From contig JAHPZJ010000013.1 in NCBI GenBank assembly GCA_019058245.1, positions 201,166 through 265,165 on the forward strand: DNA of 64,000 nucleotides, given 5' to 3'. The translations under genes and the position numbers were made by a program. Numbering within the stretch: position 1 is the stretch's first letter; every line of letters begins with the position of its first letter. The notes under the pieces were generated by a model, which saw only the letters and a list, made by a program, of their open reading frames with translations, made no database searches and was not told the origin of the DNA. This DNA is from Promethearchaeota archaeon. Lineage in GTDB: Archaea > Asgardarchaeota > Lokiarchaeia > Sigyniarchaeales > SOKP01. Shown in pieces: positions 29,735 through 39,708 of this stretch.

Positions 29735-32700
29735 TTGCTAATGACAAATCATCTCATGAATTACAGTAAGATAGGTCAAATACTATCGGAAAATATAGAA
29801 GATCTTATATTCATTCTTAATGAGAAATACAACTGTGAATATAATAACTTTCAGCAATATCCATTTAGTAAAAAAATTAATGATTATGTGCATCCACAAG
29901 ATTTCGAACGAGTATCTAGACTTTTAAAAGACATATTTAAAACAGGTTATGGTTCTGAAGAAATTCAATTAAAGGAGGATGGGAAACCCTTCAAATTCTT
30001 TGAAATTAAAGGAAAGAGCTTTATAGATAGTGAAGATAGCAAAAAAAAAGCATTATTGATTTGCAGAGATATTTCTAAATATAAGAAACTTGAACTTGAT
30101 TTAAAAAGGAGTCAAGCAAGTTTTTATGAAATAACAGATTCTTTACCAGAAATTCAATTTTGGAGATTGCTTCAGTCAAGAAAAGGAATAAATGTGGTGC
30201 AGCAGACATCAGAAATGATTCAATTAGTTTTTGATAATATACCTCAACTAATATGTTGGAAAGATACAAATTCGGTCTACATGGGTTGTAATAAGAATTT
30301 TGCTTTCTTAAATAAATTAACAGAACCAATGAGTATTATTGGTCGAAAAGATGAAGATCTTATTTGGCATAAGGGAAAATTTCATAACTTCATAGATAAA
30401 GAACAAGAGGTTATAAGAAATGATAGACCTCAATATCATGCAATTGAATCAATTAATATTTCTGAAAACCAACAGGCTTGGTTCGAAATTAATAGAATTC
30501 CACTACATGATTCAAAAAATAATGTAGTAGGAATTTTAATTACCTATGAAGATATAACTAATCGAAAATTAACTGAACAAAAATTAAGAGAGTCTGAAAA
30601 AAAATACCGTCATCTATTTGAAAGTTCTTCATATTCTATCATTTTAATTGATAAAAAAGGAAAAATTATTGATTATAATCAAACTACTGAGAACATATTT
30701 GGTAGAAAAATAGCAGATCTTAAAAATAAAAACTTTTTAGAGGTAGGTATAAAACCCGAAAAAATAATTCCTATATTTAAACAGCGATATCAATCTATTT
30801 TAAAAGGAATTATCCCTAACCCCATAGAGATTCAAATTTCGCGATCTGTAGATGGGGCTTTAATGTGGATTAGTATAGATGATTCAATAGTTGAGATTGA
30901 TGGAGAGAATATTTTTCAAGTAATAATACAAGATATCACTGAAAAAAAGATAGCTGAAGAAGAATTAACTGCCCTAAATAGAGAACTAGAACAAAAAGTA
31001 TTAGAGAGGACCAAGGACTTAATAGAATCAGAACAACAATATCGTACCACAATTAATTCACTAAATGATCCATTACATGTTGTTAATAAGGATTTGGAGA
31101 TTATTCTATCAAATAATGCATTAAATTCTTGGCTTGCTGAACTAGGTATTGAGAAGCAGATTGTTAATAAAAAAGTATTTGAAGCATTTCCTTTTTTACC
31201 TGATAAAATTTATAAAGAATATGAAGAGGTATTTAATAGTGGGAAGTCAATACTCACAGTGGGAAGCATAATTTTAAATGAGAAAGAAATATTCACAGAA
31301 ACTAGAAAAATTCCAATTTTTAGCGAAGGATCTGTTAACCAAATTATTACAATTATAAGAGATATTTCTGAAAAAATAAAGGCTGAGCAAGAATTAAAAG
31401 AATCAGAAGAAAAATTTAGAAATATCGCAGAACAATCTTTAATGGGAATAACTGTCATACAAGATGGTGTATATAAATATTTTAATGATAAAGTTACTGA
31501 GACCATTGGATATTCAGTAGAAGATATTAAAAGTTGGGGACCTAATGAATTTCTAAAAATTTTCCATCCTGAAGATCGAGAATTTGTAATGGACCAAGTA
31601 CAGAAAAAACAAGCTGGAGATCCAAATGTTATAAATCAATATCAATATAAAATAATAACAAAAGATGGAGTAAGTAAATGGCTTGACATATTTGCTAAAA
31701 CAATAAATTATGAAGGTCATCCTGCAGATTTAGTAATGACATTTAATATTACCGATAAGATAAAAGCTGAGCAAGAATTAAAAGAATCAGAAGAAAAATT
31801 TAGAATTATCACAGAACAATCGTTAGTAGGAATATCTATTATACAAGATGGTAGATATAAATATTTTAATAAAAGATTCTGTGAGATGAATGGATATTCA
31901 CCAGAAGAGATTAATAGTTGGGTTCCTGATGAATTTGCAAAAATTGTCCATCCTGATGATCGAGAATTTGTAATGGAACAAGCCCGTAAAAAACAAGTTG
32001 GTAATCAGGATATCGTCATTCATTATCAATTTAGAGCGTTAAGAAAAGGTGGGGAGATACAATGGCGTGAAATTTATTCTAGAACAATTACTTATGAGAA
32101 TTCTCCTGCAGATTTAATATTAAGTATTGATATTTCTGATAAGGTTAAAGCTGAGCAGGAATTAAAAAAGTCTGAAAAAAACTTTCGAGACATGATAATG
32201 AATTTAGAGGTTGCATATTATAAAGTCAAATGGAAAGGAAACTTATTATATCATAATCCTGCTTTAAATAAGATAGCAGGTTATGATATTAATGAAGATT
32301 TAACAGAACAACCACCTCCTTTCTTTTGGGAGAATTCTGTTGATAGAGAAGAATATTTAAAAAAATTATTGAAAGATGGATATATTAGAAATTATATTCT
32401 GCCTCTTATAAGGAAAGATAAAGAAAAAATTGTTGTACAAGTTAATGCTCATTTAATAAAGGATGAAAGTAATAATCCAATTGCTATTGAAGGTACCTTT
32501 TCTAATGTAACTGAGAAATTTAGATTAGAGCAAGAATTATTAGAATCTGAAAAGAAATTACGTCAACAGAATATTGAATTAAAAAAATTAGATAAAGTTA
32601 AGAATGACTTTATTACTATGGCTGCTCATGAATTAAAAACACCATTAATATCAATTTCAGGATATACAGATTATATTTTAATAAAACATCGAGAACATCT

Positions 32701-33289
32701 TAAAACAGAAGTTACAAGAGATTTATTAATCGTTCAAAGAAATGTTAAACGATTAGAAATGTTAATGGATCAATTATTAGATGTCATGAAAATTGATGAA
32801 AATGTGCTTGAACTAAAGAAAGAGCTAGTAAATGTAAGTAAAATTATCAGTGATTGTCTTGATGAGCTTAGTTATCTTATCAATGAAAAAAATCTCGAAA
32901 TCATATTGAAGATGGAACATGAAATTTTATTAAATGTTGATCCTATGCGTATCTCCACAGCTTTTACTAATTTATTATCAAATGCTATTAAATATACATC
33001 AGATTATGGTTGGATTGAGATTTCTGCTAATAAAAAGGATTACGAATATATTTTTAAAGTGAAAGATAATGGAGTTGGATTAACTCAAGATGAAATTGGA
33101 AGGCTATTCAAAAAATTTGAAAGAATAAAGCCCACATTATCAAATAAGAATATAAATATTAAAGACTCTGGAACGGGTCTAGGACTATACATTACTAAGG
33201 GAATTATTACGACCCATGGAGGTAGCATCTGGGCAGAATCAAAAGGACCTAATAAAGGAACCTCATTTATTTTTTCAATCCCTATATAA
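29735..33289 (+). CDS. Cytoplasmic multi-PAS sensor histidine kinase
   Basis: About seven PAS/PAC modules; AAHELKTPL H-box, NLLSNAIKY, DNGVG, GTGLGL; no TM helix. Confidence 0.95.
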   Translation: MLMTNHLMNYSKIGQILSENIEDLIFILNEKYNCEYNNFQQYPFSKKINDYVHPQDFERVSRLLKDIFKTGYGSEEIQLKEDGKPFKFFEIKGKSFIDSEDSKKKALLICRDISKYKKLELDLKRSQASFYEITDSLPEIQFWRLLQSRKGINVVQQTSEMIQLVFDNIPQLICWKDTNSVYMGCNKNFAFLNKLTEPMSIIGRKDEDLIWHKGKFHNFIDKEQEVIRNDRPQYHAIESINISENQQAWFEINRIPLHDSKNNVVGILITYEDITNRKLTEQKLRESEKKYRHLFESSSYSIILIDKKGKIIDYNQTTENIFGRKIADLKNKNFLEVGIKPEKIIPIFKQRYQSILKGIIPNPIEIQISRSVDGALMWISIDDSIVEIDGENIFQVIIQDITEKKIAEEELTALNRELEQKVLERTKDLIESEQQYRTTINSLNDPLHVVNKDLEIILSNNALNSWLAELGIEKQIVNKKVFEAFPFLPDKIYKEYEEVFNSGKSILTVGSIILNEKEIFTETRKIPIFSEGSVNQIITIIRDISEKIKAEQELKESEEKFRNIAEQSLMGITVIQDGVYKYFNDKVTETIGYSVEDIKSWGPNEFLKIFHPEDREFVMDQVQKKQAGDPNVINQYQYKIITKDGVSKWLDIFAKTINYEGHPADLVMTFNITDKIKAEQELKESEEKFRIITEQSLVGISIIQDGRYKYFNKRFCEMNGYSPEEINSWVPDEFAKIVHPDDREFVMEQARKKQVGNQDIVIHYQFRALRKGGEIQWREIYSRTITYENSPADLILSIDISDKVKAEQELKKSEKNFRDMIMNLEVAYYKVKWKGNLLYHNPALNKIAGYDINEDLTEQPPPFFWENSVDREEYLKKLLKDGYIRNYILPLIRKDKEKIVVQVNAHLIKDESNNPIAIEGTFSNVTEKFRLEQELLESEKKLRQQNIELKKLDKVKNDFITMAAHELKTPLISISGYTDYILIKHREHLKTEVTRDLLIVQRNVKRLEMLMDQLLDVMKIDENVLELKKELVNVSKIISDCLDELSYLINEKNLEIILKMEHEILLNVDPMRISTAFTNLLSNAIKYTSDYGWIEISANKKDYEYIFKVKDNGVGLTQDEIGRLFKKFERIKPTLSNKNINIKDSGTGLGLYITKGIITTHGGSIWAESKGPNKGTSFIFSIPI
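31382..31805 (+). repeat. Internal direct repeat from PAS-module duplication (40-nt identical cores 384 nt apart)
   Basis: GCTGAGCAAGAATTAAAAGAATCAGAAGAAAAATTTAGAA at 31382-31421 and 31766-31805. Confidence 0.85.
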
Positions 33290-33476
33290 ATCCTAGGAGT
33301 ACTCAAATTTTATTCTCTAGATTTTATCTTTAAATGATTATATTATAATGATTTAAATTCTGTTGTTATCAATTTTTTCTTTAATATTAAACAGAAATTT
33401 ATTTATCCATAATGATAAATTAATTATCTCTAAGAAATTAAATTAAAATATTATTTGTTATGTATGAAACTGTATA

Positions 33477-35606
33477 ATGTCTACATTAATAATAACTGAA
33501 AAGGCTAAGGCCGCAGAAGCTATTGCAAATGCAATAGGCGCAGTAAAAAAAGTTAAAAAAACAAAATTTTTAACAATATATTCAATTCCCTCTAAAAATT
33601 TCTATATAATTCCCTTAAGGGGACATATTCTTGAATACAGAAATACTTTTGCCTTTAAAAGCTGGACAAAAACAAATCCACGAGACATTATAACTAATCC
33701 TGAAACAATTGAAAAAGTTCCAATAGACTATGCTGGACCATATATAAAAATATTAAAGGAATATTCAAAAAATTCAAAACATTGTATTATTGGTACTGAT
33801 GCAGATATTGAAGGGTGTAATATTGGTTTATTTGATGCGCTTCCTTTTGTGAAGGAAATTAATCCAAATATAAAAATATCTCAATTGTGGCTTAGTTCCC
33901 TTCAGAAAAATGAAATCCTTAATAAACTAAATAGTCTTATCCCACCAAAATATAGTTGGGGGCAGACTGGGGAAGTAAGAGCTATAATTGATGCATTTAT
34001 AGGATTTTCTGCTACTAGAGAAGTTACAAATACATTAAGACCTTTATTAAATAAATTTAATATAAAATTTGTTTCTATCGGTCGAGTTCAGACAAGTCTT
34101 CTATATTTAATATTTCTTCGGGAAAAGGAGATTATTGAATTCATTCCTAAACCCTATTTCCTAATCGATGCAATTTTAGTTCATACCAACGGTATTTTTC
34201 GAGCTCATCATGATCTTAATCCGTTTTCAAAAGATCAAGAAAGACAGATGAGAAAAATCTATGAAAATATTAAATATGAAAAAGTTGGAAAAATTATCGA
34301 TAATTCTAAGACTAAAAATAGAAGAGAACCTCCAAGTCCATTAAATACATCACAAGCATTAGTTCTATTAACAAAATGTCTGAAGATTTCCGCAAATATA
34401 GCTATGAGAACTATGAATGCATTATATCTTAACAAAATTATCTCTTATCCTAGAACGGATAGTGATGTTTATAAATCAGATTTTAATCATATTGAGATCT
34501 TACAAAAATTTATTCATCATTCACAGTTTAATAGCTATACAACTGATTTACTTAAGAATAATAGGATTAAACCAACTATAGGAAAAAAGGATATGGGAGA
34601 TCATCCTCCTATTACCCCTCTTGAGGCCTTAGAACCGGGTAATTCCAGATTCGAAAATACTATCCAAAAAAAAGTATATGACATTCTTACTCGTCATTAT
34701 TTAGCTCTTTTTGGAGAAGCAGCTATAGAGTCAAGACAAAAATTAAAAGTAAACATTAAAGATGAACCTTTTACCGCTAGAACAGTTTCATTAATTAAGC
34801 AAGGTTTTCTGGAAATAGCTCCATTTCTCAAGCCTAGTTACGAGAAAGAAATTCAAATAATCTCTAACGAAATACCAATAAAAGAAATTTTGCTTGAAGA
34901 AAAAGAATCAAAGCCACCATCAAGATATAATGATACATCTCTTCTAAAATTAATGGAAAAAAATCATCTTGGAACGAAATCAACCAGACCAATTATTATA
35001 AAATTATTGCAATCCCGCAAATTAATTAAAAGAATTAAATATCATTATTTTGTAACTGAGTTCGGTAATTTTTTGATGAAGTATTTAATTAAAATATGGT
35101 TACCCTTTTTAAAACCGGAATTTACTAAAACAGTGGAAGAAAAACTTGAAGAGATTAAAAATAGTAAAAGATCAATGAATTCTATAATAAACGAGGTAAG
35201 AAATGAATTTTTAATCTTATTTGATAAATTCTTAGAAAATAAACATAAATTGAATACTAAAATTAGTAATTATAAAATTGAATATAAAACTCCATTAACA
35301 TCATCAAATTGTCCCTTTTGCAAAAAATATCCTATGAAATTCATTAATGCAAAAAAAAGTAGGTTTTTAGTCTGTTCTGATGAAAAATGTAAACAATTTT
35401 TATCTTTACCTAAGAATGGTAAACTAGAATTATTAGATTCTATTTGTTCATTGTGCAATTTTAATATTTTTAAGGTAATACTTAATAAAAATAATAAATC
35501 CATTACTTATTATTTATGTCCTAACTGTTGGAATATGGATCATTCGAAATTTTGTTCTAATTGTAGTGAATATACAATTTCTAAAGGAAAGTGCATAAAA
35601 AAATAA
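33477..35606 (+). CDS. topA: Type IA DNA topoisomerase with C-terminal zinc fingers
   Basis: IITEK, TDADIEG (TOPRIM), SIGRVQT, ISYPRTD catalytic Tyr, DHPPITP, LGTKSTR, multiple CxxC. Confidence 0.93.
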   Translation: MSTLIITEKAKAAEAIANAIGAVKKVKKTKFLTIYSIPSKNFYIIPLRGHILEYRNTFAFKSWTKTNPRDIITNPETIEKVPIDYAGPYIKILKEYSKNSKHCIIGTDADIEGCNIGLFDALPFVKEINPNIKISQLWLSSLQKNEILNKLNSLIPPKYSWGQTGEVRAIIDAFIGFSATREVTNTLRPLLNKFNIKFVSIGRVQTSLLYLIFLREKEIIEFIPKPYFLIDAILVHTNGIFRAHHDLNPFSKDQERQMRKIYENIKYEKVGKIIDNSKTKNRREPPSPLNTSQALVLLTKCLKISANIAMRTMNALYLNKIISYPRTDSDVYKSDFNHIEILQKFIHHSQFNSYTTDLLKNNRIKPTIGKKDMGDHPPITPLEALEPGNSRFENTIQKKVYDILTRHYLALFGEAAIESRQKLKVNIKDEPFTARTVSLIKQGFLEIAPFLKPSYEKEIQIISNEIPIKEILLEEKESKPPSRYNDTSLLKLMEKNHLGTKSTRPIIIKLLQSRKLIKRIKYHYFVTEFGNFLMKYLIKIWLPFLKPEFTKTVEEKLEEIKNSKRSMNSIINEVRNEFLILFDKFLENKHKLNTKISNYKIEYKTPLTSSNCPFCKKYPMKFINAKKSRFLVCSDEKCKQFLSLPKNGKLELLDSICSLCNFNIFKVILNKNNKSITYYLCPNCWNMDHSKFCSNCSEYTISKGKCIKK

Positions 35607-35755
35607 AATTATACTTATTATAATAAACAAAGAAGCTTAGTATAGAATTCTAAAATTATAAATAAATTTAGCTTTATCTTTTTAACACTATGATTAATAT
35701 AGCTTTTTCTTTAATATATTCCAATAAATTTATATTTTAGAAAATTTGATTTTTT

Positions 35756-36094
35756 CTATATAAAATCATTTGAATCGAAACGATAAGCTGCACGAGTTAA
35801 TCCAACATAATTGTCACTAATCTTATAATACATTTTCCCATTAACAATTTTTTTCTGTAAATAACTATTTTTAATAGTATGGTTTATACCATGAATCATT
35901 GTACCCAAAGTAACTGCACCTATAAACCCATGTTGTTTTTTTGTGACTCTTATTAATTCTAGTTCAGAATGCCATTGACCATCTAAAAGAGCAATAAGTA
36001 TTTCATTTTTTATTGGAGTTTTGATGTCTTTAATTTTATTGAATAAATTAGAATAGCTTGGTTTATAAAAACTTTTATCATCTAAATTTGTCAT
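35756..36094 (-). CDS. Small winged-helix-like hypothetical protein
   Basis: KNEILIALLDGQWHSELELIR..YLQKKIVNGKMYYKIS wing pattern. Confidence 0.6.
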   Translation of the reverse strand: MTNLDDKSFYKPSYSNLFNKIKDIKTPIKNEILIALLDGQWHSELELIRVTKKQHGFIGAVTLGTMIHGINHTIKNSYLQKKIVNGKMYYKISDNYVGLTRAAYRFDSNDFI

Positions 36095-36212
36095 ATGTTA
36101 TACTCCTTTAAAACAAGTGTTTATAATATGAATAAATATTGAGATATATTATTTAATGAAATATAATATCTAGATGTTATTAAGATATATTTGGTATATA
36201 TAAGATAAAGAA

Positions 36213-37334
36213 TTATAGAAGATTTGGGGGAATTCCTTCATTAAAATATTTAGCTCGAGTAATCCAATTTTGGGAAAATTCTGGAATCATCGCTAATATA
36301 GATCCCCCAATCCATACTGAAAATGTACGTTCCATAGGAGCAATAATTCTTATAACTTGATTTTTTTTCTTTCTTCTTGCTAACTCTAATTCTAATTCTT
36401 GATAGATACGTGACTTTAGATTAGGAAACATGGATGATCCTCCCGAAAGAAAAATATTATTTAATAACTCTGGACGAACATCTAAATCACAAGCTTCAAT
36501 AACATCCATGATGGCAATATGTAAAGCATCTTCCTCTAATTCCGAAGTTGGTTTAAATAATATTTCTGGTACAATAAATCTTTCTTTATTGAGAGAAATA
36601 GTTGAACCATCTGGTAAAGAATATTCTTTTTCATATTGTTCACTCCGTTTTAGATCTTCTTTATAATCTAATGAAACAAAGCAAGCTTTTTCCTTTAAAA
36701 CTCTGACTAATTCTCTACGTATTGAAGAATCAACAGACCATCCAATTGATTCTAAAATTTGTTCCATATAATGTGTTAAAGCTCTGCCACCAATATCCAG
36801 AATGCGTACAGCATGCTCCAATTTGTATCCCTCATATATAGGAACAATTCTAGTATTACTGTCGCCTATCTCCACGATTAATCCTGTTTGAAATCCTCCT
36901 GAATAGAGAGTTAGCATTGAATCTAAAACAGGATAAAACGACATACATTGATAGCGTTCTAAGAATAATTCAAATATTTTCTCCAAATCTTTATATGGAA
37001 ATAACGGATGTACAGAAAATAATACATTTACTAATGTAGGATCTACTCGTAAATTATAAAAAATATATTCAATTATATTCTTGAAATGATTCCAATCAAC
37101 GACAATTCCTTTTTCGATAGGATGAAAGATTTTATATAAGCCTATTGATTGAATTTCATCTCCTACGTATAATTCATCTTCTCGAGACTTTTTAGATTCA
37201 TAATCAACATTAACATTTTGATACTTAGGTTTCCCAACCATGGTTAAAAAAACTTGACTAGGAGAATCCTCCCCTGCAAAACCTATTTTTGAAGAAAATT
37301 GACCAATGTCTAAAACAACTGTTAAATTTCCCAT
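36213..37334 (-). CDS. Actin-family protein (divergent Asgard actin/ARP)
   Basis: VVLDIGQFSSKIGFAGEDSP, YVGDE, HPIEKGIVVDW, VPIYEGY, LKEKACFVSLDY, YSLPDG, ERFIVPEILFKP, LSGGSSMFP, SVWIGGSILA. Confidence 0.95.
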   Translation of the reverse strand: MGNLTVVLDIGQFSSKIGFAGEDSPSQVFLTMVGKPKYQNVNVDYESKKSREDELYVGDEIQSIGLYKIFHPIEKGIVVDWNHFKNIIEYIFYNLRVDPTLVNVLFSVHPLFPYKDLEKIFELFLERYQCMSFYPVLDSMLTLYSGGFQTGLIVEIGDSNTRIVPIYEGYKLEHAVRILDIGGRALTHYMEQILESIGWSVDSSIRRELVRVLKEKACFVSLDYKEDLKRSEQYEKEYSLPDGSTISLNKERFIVPEILFKPTSELEEDALHIAIMDVIEACDLDVRPELLNNIFLSGGSSMFPNLKSRIYQELELELARRKKKNQVIRIIAPMERTFSVWIGGSILAMIPEFSQNWITRAKYFNEGIPPNLL

Positions 37335-37606
37335 TGGTTATTACAATTTAAATTATTTTGTAGACAATTAGCCTAAATAATACTATCTTATATATTATTT
37401 TAATTATTAAAAAAATATGTTTAAATTTTGAACAATAAAATCTTTAATTAACACTAAAAAAGTAGGGTTCTATTTTCAAAATATAATAAAGCTTCCCAAT
37501 TGATGGATAAAGAACTTTATTGAAAGAATAAAGAAAAAATTTAAAAAACAGATAAATATAGAGCAGATTCGAACTCAATAATCTTTTTTTATTAAAAATT
37601 AAGCTT

Positions 37607-38329
37607 TCATTCTCCCCTCATAATTTTCTTTAGACGATTTAGTTCATCTAACATTTCATCACGAAGAGATCCTAAACCTCCGCCTGTTTTTGGGGCTATT
37701 GCTGATGCTCCAGGGACAGGTGCTCCTGGAGGTTTTGGAAGGGTACCACCTGGAGGTCCAGGTCTTTTAGCAAATGAGGTTGGTGCCGCAGGGGGGCCAC
37801 TACTAGAAGGTGCACCAGGAGCTTTAGGAGGTCCACCTCCCGCTGGAGGTAATTTTGGAGCTGGAGGCAAACTTGGTTTTTTAGGGGGTCCACCACTTGA
37901 AGGCGCGGCAGGGGGACCTACTTTTTTAGGGGGTCCACCACTTGAAGGCGCGGCAGGGGGACCTACTTTTTTAGGGGGTCCACCACCTGGAGGTGCAGGA
38001 GCGCTAGGAACAGTTAATGCAGGAGCTGCTGGAGCGGTAGGTGTAGAAGCGGTACCTCCACCACTACTTAATAAGCTAAATAATGTACTGGCTGCTGCTG
38101 TTTTTGCCCCCTCACTTGTGGGAGCTACTATTTTTTTAGAGGAGGTACTAACAGTTTGAACTTCTTCAACAACAGAAACTTCCTTCAGATCCTTCTGAGC
38201 TTTAGCCAAAGATTTGATAAAATCATTTATTCCTTTAACTGTCTCTTCTAGATCATCAGCTAAAGAAGTTAATCCTTTTTTCATAAAATTAATAACTCTT
38301 TCAACTTTTTTCTGTTCTTTTGAAACCAC
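37607..38329 (-). CDS. Coiled-coil / proline-rich / WH2-like-tail protein (candidate actin regulator)
   Basis: N-terminal heptad helix (aa ~5-50); about 120-aa P/G/A-rich tract; C-terminal GGGLGSLRDEMLDELNRLKKIMRGE. Confidence 0.75.
   Translation of the reverse strand: MVSKEQKKVERVINFMKKGLTSLADDLEETVKGINDFIKSLAKAQKDLKEVSVVEEVQTVSTSSKKIVAPTSEGAKTAAASTLFSLLSSGGGTASTPTAPAAPALTVPSAPAPPGGGPPKKVGPPAAPSSGGPPKKVGPPAAPSSGGPPKKPSLPPAPKLPPAGGGPPKAPGAPSSSGPPAAPTSFAKRPGPPGGTLPKPPGAPVPGASAIAPKTGGGLGSLRDEMLDELNRLKKIMRGE
37877..37986. repeat. Perfect 45-nt tandem repeat (about 2.4 copies) encoding GGPPKKVGPPAAPSS
   Basis: TTTTTTAGGGGGTCCACCACTTGAAGGCGCGGCAGGGGGACCTAC at 37877 and 37922, plus a 20-nt partial copy at 37967. 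Confidence 0.95.
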
Positions 38330-38628
38330 GTTCTACTCAATTCCTCTAATATTATTGAAAAATCGATAAATATTAAAAATACTAATTATAATGATTATAT
38401 TTTAATTATATTAATAAGTATATATAATTTTATTTCATTCTTATCTTATTCTATACTTAAGTACTAAAAATATCCAAAAAAACATTAATTAATTAAATAG
38501 CTAAACTAATAATATTATATAACATATTTCATTAGTAAGTTTAAAAATTAATTACATTATAAATTATAAAATATAATAAAAAACAAGACACGAATAATAA
38601 ATTTTAAAGTGCATTGGTGAAAAAAAAT

Positions 38629-38925
38629 ATGCCTAAACGTGAACTCTTCATAATAGGCTTAACATCTCGTTAGGTTTGTGAAAAAAGGGTATATGAAATT
38701 GTAAATGAGCTTAAAATACCTCTGATAGACGAAAGAGTCTATGATAAAGTAAATTTTAGTGCGGGATCAGCCATCGCTTCTGTAATCTTCAGATTTGAGG
38801 AAGATGAATCAGTTATCCGTGGCTTTCTCGGTTTGGCGGAATACTTTCATACAGTTGTAATTAAAAAGAAGGATGAATTTTATATTCCCCATGCCAGTAT
38901 TTTATTCAAATTGGAAAGTGCTTAA
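38629..38925 (+). CDS. Unannotated 98-codon ORF with an in-frame TAG at codon 15 (recoded gene, non-canonical start, or pseudogene)
   Basis: GGTGA SD-like motif before ATG 38629; MPKRELFIIGLTSR*VCEKRVYEIVNELKIPLIDERVYDKVNFSAGSAIASVIFRFEEDESVIRGFLGLAEYFHTVVIKKKDEFYIPHASILFKLESA; T8 run after the stop. Confidence 0.6.
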
Positions 38926-38985
38926 ATTAAATTTTTTTTACTTTTCTTTTATTATCGTATTTTTTCCTTTTTCAAAACTCCTTTA

Positions 38986-39708
38986 TCAGGTGCTATTTTT
39001 TGAATTAGAAATATAATATTTTGAATTATTAATAATCTTCAACACTTCAGATTCGGGTACATCATACCATTTTTTATATGCATCAGCAACAGCGAACCAC
39101 ATAACATCTCTTATATTTGGACAAAATATGTTATTAACTTCAGGTTTAATTCTTTTAAATGTTCCTAAGGGTGCTGTTGGTATTGCAATATAAATTTTTA
39201 ATGGTTGATACTTTTTCACCATATTTATTGCTGCTAGCATTGTATATCCTGAAGCTAATCCATCATCAAGAATAACTATATTTCTTTTATGAATTTTTTC
39301 CTTGTATGATTCTTTTAATCCTTCATTTTTATTATACAATTTTAGTCTACCCGAAATTTCTTTCTTTGTCAAATTGATTGAATATTGGATTTCCCTATCT
39401 GGTAAATTAAGTCTATTCAATAAAGACTCATTAATCAGCACAGTTCCATCTGTGGTTACTGCTCCAAAACCTGCTTCTGTATTATATGGTATTTTAATTT
39501 TTCGTACTATTAATATATCATAATTTATCTTAAATTTAGAACAAAATCCTTCTGTAATTGGTACGCCCCCATTAGGTATTGCATAACATAGAAATTGATT
39601 CACACTTTCTAAAATTAGATTTTTAACAGTAGGTTCTTGTTTTTCAATATATTCTGCTAGAATCTCTCCTGCTTTAAATCTAGATTCATAAGGAATATAG
39701 CTCTTCAT
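38986..39708 (-). CDS. Type I phosphoribosyltransferase-family protein
   Basis: SRFKAGEILA, IPNGGVP, IVILDDGLASGYTM PRPP-binding loop. Confidence 0.9.
   Translation of the reverse strand: MKSYIPYESRFKAGEILAEYIEKQEPTVKNLILESVNQFLCYAIPNGGVPITEGFCSKFKINYDILIVRKIKIPYNTEAGFGAVTTDGTVLINESLLNRLNLPDREIQYSINLTKKEISGRLKLYNKNEGLKESYKEKIHKRNIVILDDGLASGYTMLAAINMVKKYQPLKIYIAIPTAPLGTFKRIKPEVNNIFCPNIRDVMWFAVADAYKKWYDVPESEVLKIINNSKYYISNSKNST

Noticed and set aside
37561-37576. GAGTTCGAATCTGCTC on the minus strand resembles a tRNA T-loop
   Set aside because: The flanks are AT-rich; no acceptor, D or anticodon stems can be formed
37696-37896. 66-aa alternative-frame ORF inside the proline-rich gene
   Set aside because: Stop-poor by-product of local high GC; no independent signals
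37877-37986. Direct repeats as a possible CRISPR array
   Set aside because: Head-to-tail copies without spacers, in frame within a CDS; no cas genes
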